Assembly (NCBI GenBank): GCA_030167865.1
Contig: JALAGF010006411.1
Span: 1 to 50,699, forward strand
Origin: Craspedostauros australis
Taxonomy: Eukaryota
DNA: 50,699 bases
Direction of reading: 5' to 3'
In this document: positions 1 through 8,713 of the stretch, in pieces
Position numbering within the stretch: position 1 is the stretch's first letter
Layout of the letters: each line of letters begins with the position of its first letter
Translations under genes and position numbers: made by a program
The notes under the pieces: generated by a model
Databases searched by the model: none
The model's input: only the letters and a program-made list of their open reading frames with translations
What the model was told of the DNA's origin: nothing

Positions 1-1109
1 CGAAGTGCTCTGTGGAGCAATGATCTCTGTGGAGAGTGTTGGGGTTGTGAGTTTTGTGTGCTCTGCGCTGGCCCAAGACAGCAGCCTTGTTTTGCGCGGA
101 CCGGAGACGAAAACACGCTCAGCAAACACCGACACAGTGTAAAGTGGGGAAATGGAGCAATGACGAAGAGCGAAAGCAACTCGNNNNNNNNNNNNNNNNN
201 NNNNNNNNNNNNNNNNNNNNNNNNNNNNNNNNNNNNNNNNTTCCGTCGAGGATAAGAACTAGGCGGAAACAAGCAATTTATGACTTAAACGCTATGAAAT
301 AGAGCCAATTATTGCATTTTGAACTGCCCCCCCAGCACATCAATCTGAAGCTCCTTCGTGGAAATGAATGTTGTCCAACAGTGCCAATCGTGCAAACATC
401 GCAAAGGTCAGCGCCAACTGTCTTAGGCAGTACGTATCAATCGGATCGGTAAGGGGGCACTTGGCGAGTGTAGCTCGTCGGCTGGTAACAGCAGCAACAG
501 GAAGAGGGAGGGGCGGATCCGAACCGCCAACACCGCACAGCCCATCAAAGAACGCGAACACAGAAGAAGCAAATGTGGAACGCGGCGCAACCGATGGATC
601 TGCCACGTTTCTTCCGCGCCAGTTTGCTGAATCAGCACACTGTGTCACCCAAATCCAAAAGATACTCTTCGTCTGTTCGTCCTCCGTTCACAAAATGAGA
701 TTTCAAAAGCGCGAAAAGATGATTGGTGGCTGGCGCGTCACAAGATCCCACAAAGAGGAAAGGATGCCGAAACGAGCACAAGGCATCAAGAGAAAAGAAG
801 AACCACATCTGCACGAACGAGCTACGATCAACTCCACCCATCATCATCCACAAGCAGGAGTGAACGGCAGGAACGCAACACCTTGCATTGGTTGGACCAT
901 CCGTTTGACGCTTGATCTGTTTTGTGCGTCGCCTCTGTCGATCAGGAACGGTTGCTCTCATCGCAGATCAACTGCCCTCTGCAAGTCCAAGAGCATTGGT
1001 AGGCCGCTGGATCATTCTCCAGAGTGGTGCACGTTTGGAACCCTCAAAGTCTGCTTCAATCGAACCACAGCAATAGTAACAGCAGAAGAAGAAGAAGAAG
1101 GACAGCACG

Positions 1110-4100
1110 ATGGGAGTCCCCAAGTTCTTCCGATGGCTGGCGGAACGCTATCCCAAGATCATCCAGCGCAATGGCAGCCTGCCGGAGGACGAGACCTACG
1201 GTCGCTACTTCGATCCCAACGACACGGGCGTCAAGGAACCGCCGCCGCCCTTCGAGCATCCCGATCGCATCGCCACCATCTCCACGACGCCGCCCATCGA
1301 TCGTCTCTACATCGACATGAATGGCGTCATCCACGGCTGTTCGCACAGCAACGATCACGATGAGAATGATGATGTCGCAGGTCCCGCGTCGGCTTCCATC
1401 ACGCATGAGGAGATCTTCCGCAACGTCTGCTACTATCTCGATCGCATCGTCAATGACATTGCCAAGCCCGACCAGCTCGTTTACATGGCCATCGATGGCG
1501 TCGCGCCGCGTGCCAAGCTCAACCAGCAACGATCGCGGCGGTACCGCAGCGGCCAGGAAGGTGACATTGAGCAGACGCTGTATCAGTCGCATGAGCAGGA
1601 GACGTTGGAGCGCAAGAAGAACAAGAAGAAGCGCAAGGGCAAGGGCAAGACAAAGAAGAAGGGCAAACAGGCGGATGACGACACGGATGATGACAATGTT
1701 GCTGGAACGAATGATCTCAATGACGAATTTGAATCCTACTATGGTGATGCGCTAGATCCCGAGCTTGAAGATGATGTCACCTCGACCAAAACTACAAGCA
1801 GCAACGATGGCACCTTGGAGGAGCTGGAAGATGGACGGTACCAGGGCAAGTTCATGACGGAGTTCGAAATCCCAAACCTCGAAGACGACAAGTTCCACTC
1901 CAACGCCATCACGCCAGGCACCCCCTTCTTCCAGGAGTTCACAACGCACATAGAGCATTACTGCCAGTACAAGCTCAACAACGATCCCAAATGGAAGAAC
2001 CTCACCATCATCTTCAGCGGCCCCAACGTGCCAGGCGAAGGTGAGCACAAGATCATGGACTTCATCCGCGAGCAGAAGGCGCGTCCCAACTACAACCCCA
2101 ACCTGCGCCATTGCATCATGGGACAGGACGGCGATCTCATGATGCTGGGACTCGCCACGCACGAACCCAACCTCATCCTGCTGCGTGAACGCGTCATATT
2201 CGACATGACCAAGAAGGATCTCATGCATGCCAGCAACACCGACCCGCTTGACCTCTACTTGCACAATCCGCATTTCGAACTCCTGCATCTCAGCGTGCTG
2301 CGAGATTATTTGGCATACGAATTCGGAACATCCAACGTTGAATCCTCGTCGCCGTACGACCTCGAACGCACGATCGATGACTTCGTCTTCATGACATTCT
2401 TCGTGGGCAATGACTTTCTGCCCCACATGCCGGCCATCGACATTGGGGATCATGCCTTCGATTTAATATTCCAAACCTACAAGGATTGTCGCAGGGAGTG
2501 GTTGGAGGATGATTTGGGTCTCGAACCGTACCTCACCGATTCCGGCAACATCGCCTCGGGCAGCCGCTTGGAACAGTTCCTCAGTGAATTGGGTTCTCAC
2601 GAAGTCCCGTACTACGGCAAGAAGCAGCTTTCGGCAAACTCCGACAACAAACGCATGCGCCGGCAGGGCAAACGCTTCGGACATCCCGATACCATCCCGA
2701 CCAACTCCTTGATGGATTCCAAAGAGAAGTCGGATCGGCACGCCTACCGCAGGATGCTGCAATCTGAAACATCCAAGCTGGAGAATACGGACAATGACGC
2801 GAAACAATACGATGCCAACTTCATGCCCGTCGTGGCGCAGTTCGCTGCATCCGAAGACGACAGCAAGGAAGATAAGGACATCTTCACTCGCATGGGAAAT
2901 CTGCTCAACGATTCCATCAGCAGCAAATCCAATCGCAAGGAACTGCTACGCGAACTCGATGACACCGACGTCAAGGGACGGTACTACTTCGACAAGTTCC
3001 AATTCTCACCGTTCGATGTGGACAGTCACCGCGCCTTGCGCAAGGCCTACATCGAAGGGTTGGTTTGGACGCTGAAGTACTACTACGAAGGATGCGTGTC
3101 ATGGGAGTGGTACTATCCCTATCACTACGGTCCGATGCTCAGCGATTTGGTGGAGATCGATGACATGTTGGACGAAATTAGCTTCGAAGGGAAGATGGGC
3201 AAACCCTTGGAACCCTTCCAGCAGTTGCTGGGATGCATGCCGCCGTCGCATGCCTACCATCTACCCGGACCCTACCGGCCACTGATGACGGATCCCCAGT
3301 CCCCCATCCTTGAATTCTACCCCAAGAAATTTCTCATCGACATGAACGGCAAACGATGGCCGTGGGAAGCCGTGGTGCTGCTGCCATTCATAGATTCGAA
3401 GCGGTTGATCGCGGCGTCGCAAGAAATCGATGCCAGCCAATTGACCGATGCCGAACGGGCCCGCAACGCGCCGGGTGAGACCATCGTGATGCGACATGAC
3501 ATTCGCGGCTCGGCGCCGCTGCCATCGTTGGTGGGAAACGATGGTCCTGTCCACTTTCAGGCGATTCCAAAGAACGATGTCTCCAGAACACCGTACGAAG
3601 AATCATCCTGGTACCTCGAGGGCGGGGCCAAGCAGGTGCTGAAACCCAAGCTGGAGGACGGTATTGAATATCCGTTGCCGGGATACGGATCCCTGCAAGT
3701 CGCACCGGTCCGTCGATTGAAGTGCAGCCAGATGGGTCTCAACGTCTTCGGCACGCGCAGCAGGTACAAGCTCGCATGTTTGGCTGTGGATGGCACACCC
3801 ATGTCCGAGTACGAATCGGCAGAAGAGCTTGCAAAGTCCTTGGTGGGTAACATCGTGCACATTAACTATCCCCACTTCATTGAAGCCTGGGTCACGGCGG
3901 TATGCGATGCCAAGATGGAGGTGCGTGGCAAACAAGCAACGATCAAACGACGGAGCCCGGAGGAATCAGCACAATGGCGCATTCGCCGCGATGGTATTTT
4001 ACGCACCATGCTGGCCGGTGAAAGCGTCACGGGATCAGGCGGTATTTCCATCACCGGAGAGCAACCCGCCACGGTCTTGGCCCGGCCACTGTTGAAAATC

Positions 4101-4200
4101 GACAAGACGAAGAAGAAGGGCAAGCTGGTGAAGAGGTACGCAGACTTCGAAGTTGAGGTCCCGTTGGCTTGCATCGATTGGAAACCGGTTCACACAGATC
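1110..4200 (+). other. XRN1: XRN catalytic (N-terminal plus helical) region and the start of the XRN1 D1 region, within the fusion ORF
   Basis: Acidic metal-binding motifs are all present (IDMN, IDG, GEGEHK, QDGD, GNDF). Post-catalytic segments LPGYGSL, LNVFGTRSR and INYPHFIEAWVTAVCD resemble XRN1 rather than XRN2/Rat1. The end coordinate is approximate. Confidence 0.85.
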
Positions 4201-5942
4201 GGAAATTCAATAAGCTGCCCAAGATCATCGAGAAGAACGCCTACACTCGGGCACAGAAATCGGTGCTCAAGAAATATGAAGCGACAGTGGAGCCACTCCT
4301 CCCTCCCATGGGCACGAAGGCGAGCGATGACTTTTTGGCCATCGATTGGGACGAGATGGATCTCGACACAGAGATCGAGAGTGACCACGAGAACGAGGGT
4401 GATGAGGACGAGGGTGATGAGGGCGAGGGCGACGACGACGACGACGACGTGGACATTGGAATGGAATTCGATGCTATTACCCTGCCCGATGGGGTCGTCA
4501 GCATAGACACCATCGATGATAGCGATGATGATGATGACTTTGATCCAGAGAACAATGAGGATGGTGCGGTTTCTGGAGAAGCCACGCATACGCAGACCGC
4601 GAAGGAGGGATCATCATTTTCTTCGGATGACTCATCGTTGGGAGGTACCGTCGGAGGTTCCATCCGGAGCATGTCGACATGGGCTGGCGGATATTCTGCC
4701 TCTCGTCGATGGCGTGGCGGAATGTCGCCACATCTCACACCGTTGCGTCGATCGCAAGCGTTCCTGAAACGGAATGATCGCTGGGCGGTTGCTCCGAATC
4801 ACGTGAGCAGATCGATGCATACACGCATTGGTTTGGTCGGCCAGCATCGCAATCATTCAGCATGCACAGGCCGCATGATGCGTTCCGCAGGAGGCAGGAA
4901 GAGCTTGCTGGCAGCAGGCGCCATGGCCGCCGCGTTCTTGTTTGGTTCCACCAGCGCTGATCCGCTGGCATTGTCAGGCGCGGCCACGAAGAGATGGACA
5001 GCGTCCCGACCCATGCGCAACCTGCGAAGCATTCTGCAGCCTGAACCGCTGCCAACACTCGATGATATGCTGCATATCGATGATGCGGTTCCGCACAGTC
5101 GAATCGATCTTCGTGGAGGAGACATCCCTGCATCATCTTTCCTGCCCTCCCGACCAACCCCGCCGCTGGAATTCGCGCACGGCACCACGACGCTGTCGTT
5201 CACGTTCGACGGCGGCATCCTCGTGGCCGTCGATTCTCGCGCCAGCATGGGTAGCTTCGTGAGTTCGAAGACGGTGGAGAAGGTGCTGCCGATCAACTCG
5301 CACATCCTCGGCACCATGGCCGGCGGCGCCGCCGACTGCCTGTTCTGGATTCGCAAGATCCAATCCGAAGCTCTTCTGCATGAGCTGTGCGAGAACGGCC
5401 GGCGCATGTCGGTGGCGCGGGCGTCGCGGCTGCTGTCCAACGCGCTGTACATCAACCGCAGTTTGGGTCTGTCGGTGGGCACCATGATCATGGGCTTTGA
5501 CGATGATGGCAGCGGTGCCGATACTGCGGCACGAAGAAGACGGCTGTTGCCACGTATCTTCTACGTCGACAACACGGGTGTCCGCATCGAGGGTGACATG
5601 TTCTCGGCAGGATCCGGCAGCACGTTCGCTCTGGGCATCTTGGACACGGAACGACGCCCGGATATGAAGAAGGAAGAAGCAGTCGCGCTGGGCATCAAGG
5701 CCATCCGCCATGCGACATTCCGCGATGCCTACTCCGGCGGCTTCATCAACGTGTACGTTCTAACGCAGGATGATGGATGGCAGAAGGTGTTTTCGGAAGA
5801 TCTGGCCAGTCATCAACATCAGCAGCAGCATACAGCAGCAGGTGGCGTCACGAATGCATCAAGCGCCATGGAAGATGCCGAGGCGGGCCCGAAGAGAGGC
5901 AGCGGCGAAGGCACACATGAACATGATGGCCAGGATCTTTGA
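1110..5942 (+). CDS. XRN1-type 5'-3' exoribonuclease fused to proteasome subunit beta type-5 (single intronless ORF, 1610 aa)
   Basis: Canonical XRN start MGVPKFFRWLAERYP, with in-frame TAG/TAA at 1074-1079 just upstream. XRN motifs: LYIDMNGVIH, AIDGVAPRAKLNQQRSRR, NAITPGT, PGEGEHKIMDFIR, GQDGDL, GNDFLPH, YIEGLVWTLKYYYEGCVSWEWYYPYHYGP, FQQLLGCMPP, DMNGKRWPWEAVVLLPFID. Beta5 motifs: HG|TTTLSF, DSRAS, K33, GTMAGGAADC, GSGS, RDAYSGG. No stop codon between the two domains. Confidence 0.92.
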   Translation: MGVPKFFRWLAERYPKIIQRNGSLPEDETYGRYFDPNDTGVKEPPPPFEHPDRIATISTTPPIDRLYIDMNGVIHGCSHSNDHDENDDVAGPASASITHEEIFRNVCYYLDRIVNDIAKPDQLVYMAIDGVAPRAKLNQQRSRRYRSGQEGDIEQTLYQSHEQETLERKKNKKKRKGKGKTKKKGKQADDDTDDDNVAGTNDLNDEFESYYGDALDPELEDDVTSTKTTSSNDGTLEELEDGRYQGKFMTEFEIPNLEDDKFHSNAITPGTPFFQEFTTHIEHYCQYKLNNDPKWKNLTIIFSGPNVPGEGEHKIMDFIREQKARPNYNPNLRHCIMGQDGDLMMLGLATHEPNLILLRERVIFDMTKKDLMHASNTDPLDLYLHNPHFELLHLSVLRDYLAYEFGTSNVESSSPYDLERTIDDFVFMTFFVGNDFLPHMPAIDIGDHAFDLIFQTYKDCRREWLEDDLGLEPYLTDSGNIASGSRLEQFLSELGSHEVPYYGKKQLSANSDNKRMRRQGKRFGHPDTIPTNSLMDSKEKSDRHAYRRMLQSETSKLENTDNDAKQYDANFMPVVAQFAASEDDSKEDKDIFTRMGNLLNDSISSKSNRKELLRELDDTDVKGRYYFDKFQFSPFDVDSHRALRKAYIEGLVWTLKYYYEGCVSWEWYYPYHYGPMLSDLVEIDDMLDEISFEGKMGKPLEPFQQLLGCMPPSHAYHLPGPYRPLMTDPQSPILEFYPKKFLIDMNGKRWPWEAVVLLPFIDSKRLIAASQEIDASQLTDAERARNAPGETIVMRHDIRGSAPLPSLVGNDGPVHFQAIPKNDVSRTPYEESSWYLEGGAKQVLKPKLEDGIEYPLPGYGSLQVAPVRRLKCSQMGLNVFGTRSRYKLACLAVDGTPMSEYESAEELAKSLVGNIVHINYPHFIEAWVTAVCDAKMEVRGKQATIKRRSPEESAQWRIRRDGILRTMLAGESVTGSGGISITGEQPATVLARPLLKIDKTKKKGKLVKRYADFEVEVPLACIDWKPVHTDRKFNKLPKIIEKNAYTRAQKSVLKKYEATVEPLLPPMGTKASDDFLAIDWDEMDLDTEIESDHENEGDEDEGDEGEGDDDDDDVDIGMEFDAITLPDGVVSIDTIDDSDDDDDFDPENNEDGAVSGEATHTQTAKEGSSFSSDDSSLGGTVGGSIRSMSTWAGGYSASRRWRGGMSPHLTPLRRSQAFLKRNDRWAVAPNHVSRSMHTRIGLVGQHRNHSACTGRMMRSAGGRKSLLAAGAMAAAFLFGSTSADPLALSGAATKRWTASRPMRNLRSILQPEPLPTLDDMLHIDDAVPHSRIDLRGGDIPASSFLPSRPTPPLEFAHGTTTLSFTFDGGILVAVDSRASMGSFVSSKTVEKVLPINSHILGTMAGGAADCLFWIRKIQSEALLHELCENGRRMSVARASRLLSNALYINRSLGLSVGTMIMGFDDDGSGADTAARRRRLLPRIFYVDNTGVRIEGDMFSAGSGSTFALGILDTERRPDMKKEEAVALGIKAIRHATFRDAYSGGFINVYVLTQDDGWQKVFSEDLASHQHQQQHTAAGGVTNASSAMEDAEAGPKRGSGEGTHEHDGQDL
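5184..5942 (+). other. PSMB5: Predicted mature proteasome beta5 (chymotrypsin-like, Ntn-hydrolase) domain within the fusion ORF
   Basis: Thr1 codon at 5184 (aa 1359), preceded by His-Gly. Counting from Thr1 gives Asp17, Lys33, Met45 and Cys52 at the same positions as in beta5/Pre2. Confidence 0.93.
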
Positions 5943-5948
5943 TACTCC

Positions 5949-5974
5949 AGAGAGAGAGAGAGAGAGAGAGAGAG
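5949..5974. repeat. (AG)n microsatellite
   Basis: Run of agagag directly 3' of the fusion ORF stop codon. Confidence 0.9.
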
Positions 5975-8713
5975 CGCGGACTCAATCCTATAATACCTGC
6001 GTACATTGTTGCGTGAGTGGAATGCGTTGCGCGTTGTGTTTATCCCGTTCACTGAAGATAGCAAGAAAGAGCACATTTTCCTACAGACTGTCTCCTCTCA
6101 TCCTGTTCTTGGGAGGTATGGCACAGAGAGGAAGCCTGCTGGATCCACTTGGATGCGCTTACTCTAATACTAAGACGAGTATAGAACACCACGAGTACTC
6201 TATGTTGACAGGAGGTACACGATCGCGGTGAACTCGTTAAGGCCGTGCCGAAAGATCCGCGCAAGGATAGGACAGCAGCTTCGATGCACCAGCTTCCAAT
6301 TCATGCCTGACATGCCGATGCGTCCGACCAGCAGTGAGTGACGCGACATGTTGCCTTGTTCATTGTGATCATCGTTTCGCTGCTGTGGAGGGTAACCGCA
6401 ACATCGAGACGTGCGACCGATCCTAGATGATGACATGCAGTGCGGCGTCGTTTGTTTCGAACAGCGGCAGGCGAGGGAGGACTGCGGCAACGTTGGTGCT
6501 TGTGGGCGTCCACACAGCATGCAGATGCACGCTGCTGCTCGTTTGATTCTGTTTGTGCAAGTGGCCGCGACGGCATCTGTGTTGCTCCTCATGGTGGAGC
6601 TCTGCATGCTCGTGCGGTCAATGGACGTGGTGGTTTGCGGCATCACTTGCCGTCGATGTCCAACATCTCTTTCCATCATAACCACGCAGGGGGGCCTGTG
6701 GGGTACACCTCGCTGCGCCAACGCATCGCCGCACCCATGATGGTGAGAGAACCCTCTTGATTGAGAAGCGGCACCCATACACTCTCGGGGTATCGGAGGT
6801 GCTTGGTTGGCCTCCGATTCATGGACCATCCGAGTGGTTGATGTGGGCATGGTGATGGTGGGTGAGGAGCATGACGCTTCTGCGGGTCGGAATCGTATCT
6901 TGTAGAGGATTGGTGTATGGCAGAAACACAAGAGACACCACTGATACTCGGATGGTACGAATGCCATCAACAGACAGAATGGAGAAACGATCGCGATGAC
7001 GTCAAATGAGTGAAGGCATGAAAAGGAGGAACGGCAGCATGGTGCGTCCGAGCGAAGCATAATCCTCTTTGTGATCCTCCCTTGAAGGACTATGACTACA
7101 TCCGAGTGAAGCGACGGCCCACAGCAACAGCTCTTCCCGCACCTTCTCGCCGAAATAGAAGAACAGAATATCTCAATTGGGACTCCGCACAAAGGTCTGA
7201 ATCCACCAGGGACGCACGCAACGTCGTTTTTACCATGGGCGTTGCTCGACGGGAGTAGCTCGCCGAAGATACATTCGCAGTGCCGTTTCACGCCTGGTTT
7301 GGGACTGTTTTGGTGTGTCGGAGGAGAAAAGCTTCACCATTGCGCACCGACAGGGGCACAACTACTCGTAGTTGTAAGAAAGCACCTTGTGATAGGCACA
7401 GAAACAGCGAAAAAGGCTGGAAAGCTCGTGCGATGCCACGAGCAGAGACGCTGTGACGAATATAATCATATTATGAGCTGCTTCTCGACAAGGAGCACAT
7501 CGTGTATGCACGTGCCACATCGCTTGTACATGTGGCACATCGTACAGTGCACAATGCTACGACGCAGCGAAGCGCGCTGCCGCGACATCACCGCCACAGA
7601 AACGAGAATCGCGGGTGGATTGGAAATTGTAGTGACAATTCTCATGCTCACCTGCCTCAAAGTCCAACGCGCCGGACTGTGCGCGGCGCTCACCAAATTT
7701 CCTGGGTGCACGTTGATTCATGTGTATTGCGGTCATTTGGGACTCATGCTGGCGGCAAATGGCACGCCCGCCTCGTTGTGATCCACCAACGTTCCACGCG
7801 ATGTTGGCACACGGTGCCGATGCGTCAAGGTTTTACCGTACGCGAGCGAGCATTGGGCGTTGCCAGAGCCACAACACGGCAGAGGCAACCACACACAAAC
7901 ATCACAAAGGAGCAAGATCGCACAGAGTACCACATCACATGTCATCGCATTTTGCTGCATCGCATTGCATTGCACAACATCGCATTTGAGAATTCATCAC
8001 ATCACATCACAAGATAAGAGTAGTAGAGTTGAGTCAAGTAGAGTCGAGTTGATTCGAGTTGAGGATTGTACAAGAGACCATTGGATGTATTGAGTTGATC
8101 TCTCAATCGGTGTAACAAACGCAACAGGAGAAAAGGAGAGACCACGACAGCGCAACCCATTTCGCCAACAACGAGGTGCTCGAAGCGACGCAGAAACAAG
8201 CACACAGCCGTGCAAACGCATTGGGAGGCGCGAAAAACGGTGTTGCGGCGAAACCCAACGCACAAAATCAGAAGCACAAGTAATTTCTCGTACAACGCAG
8301 GCGAAGGCAAGCAAGAGTATTGTCGCAACAGTGGCGCCAAACCGACCATACATACTTGCTCTACTTGCATAGAGTACTTCAGTAGACAGCAAGCAAGCGT
8401 CGGCGTACCGACTTGCAGCAGTGCTCCTGTTCCGTACTCTACCGTGCCATACTGACATAGTGACATACCATCATACCATACAATACTGCTACGAGTGTTG
8501 GTGGAGTGATCGAGCCGGAGGACACCAAGAGAGGCAGCAAGAGATAGACAGTGACAGTGAGAGTGACAGTCACACCTTCACAGACGCAACAGAAGCAACA
8601 GAAGCAACCAAGACACCAACCCACAACAACATCAACACCCACACAGTTTCATCTATACTACACTCTCCCCCAACCCGTAGGACCATCATATTATATCAAG
8701 CGCAAACACAAAG

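Noticed and set aside
368..1363. 331-aa ORF overlapping the XRN start
   Set aside because: It is in a different frame from XRN, begins at TTG and has no recognisable motifs. It is not an N-terminal extension because in-frame stops precede the XRN ATG.
6200..8470. Several 150-360-aa ORFs on both strands
   Set aside because: Cys/Arg-rich non-protein-like composition with no motifs or codon bias. Treated as intergenic or highly decayed sequence.
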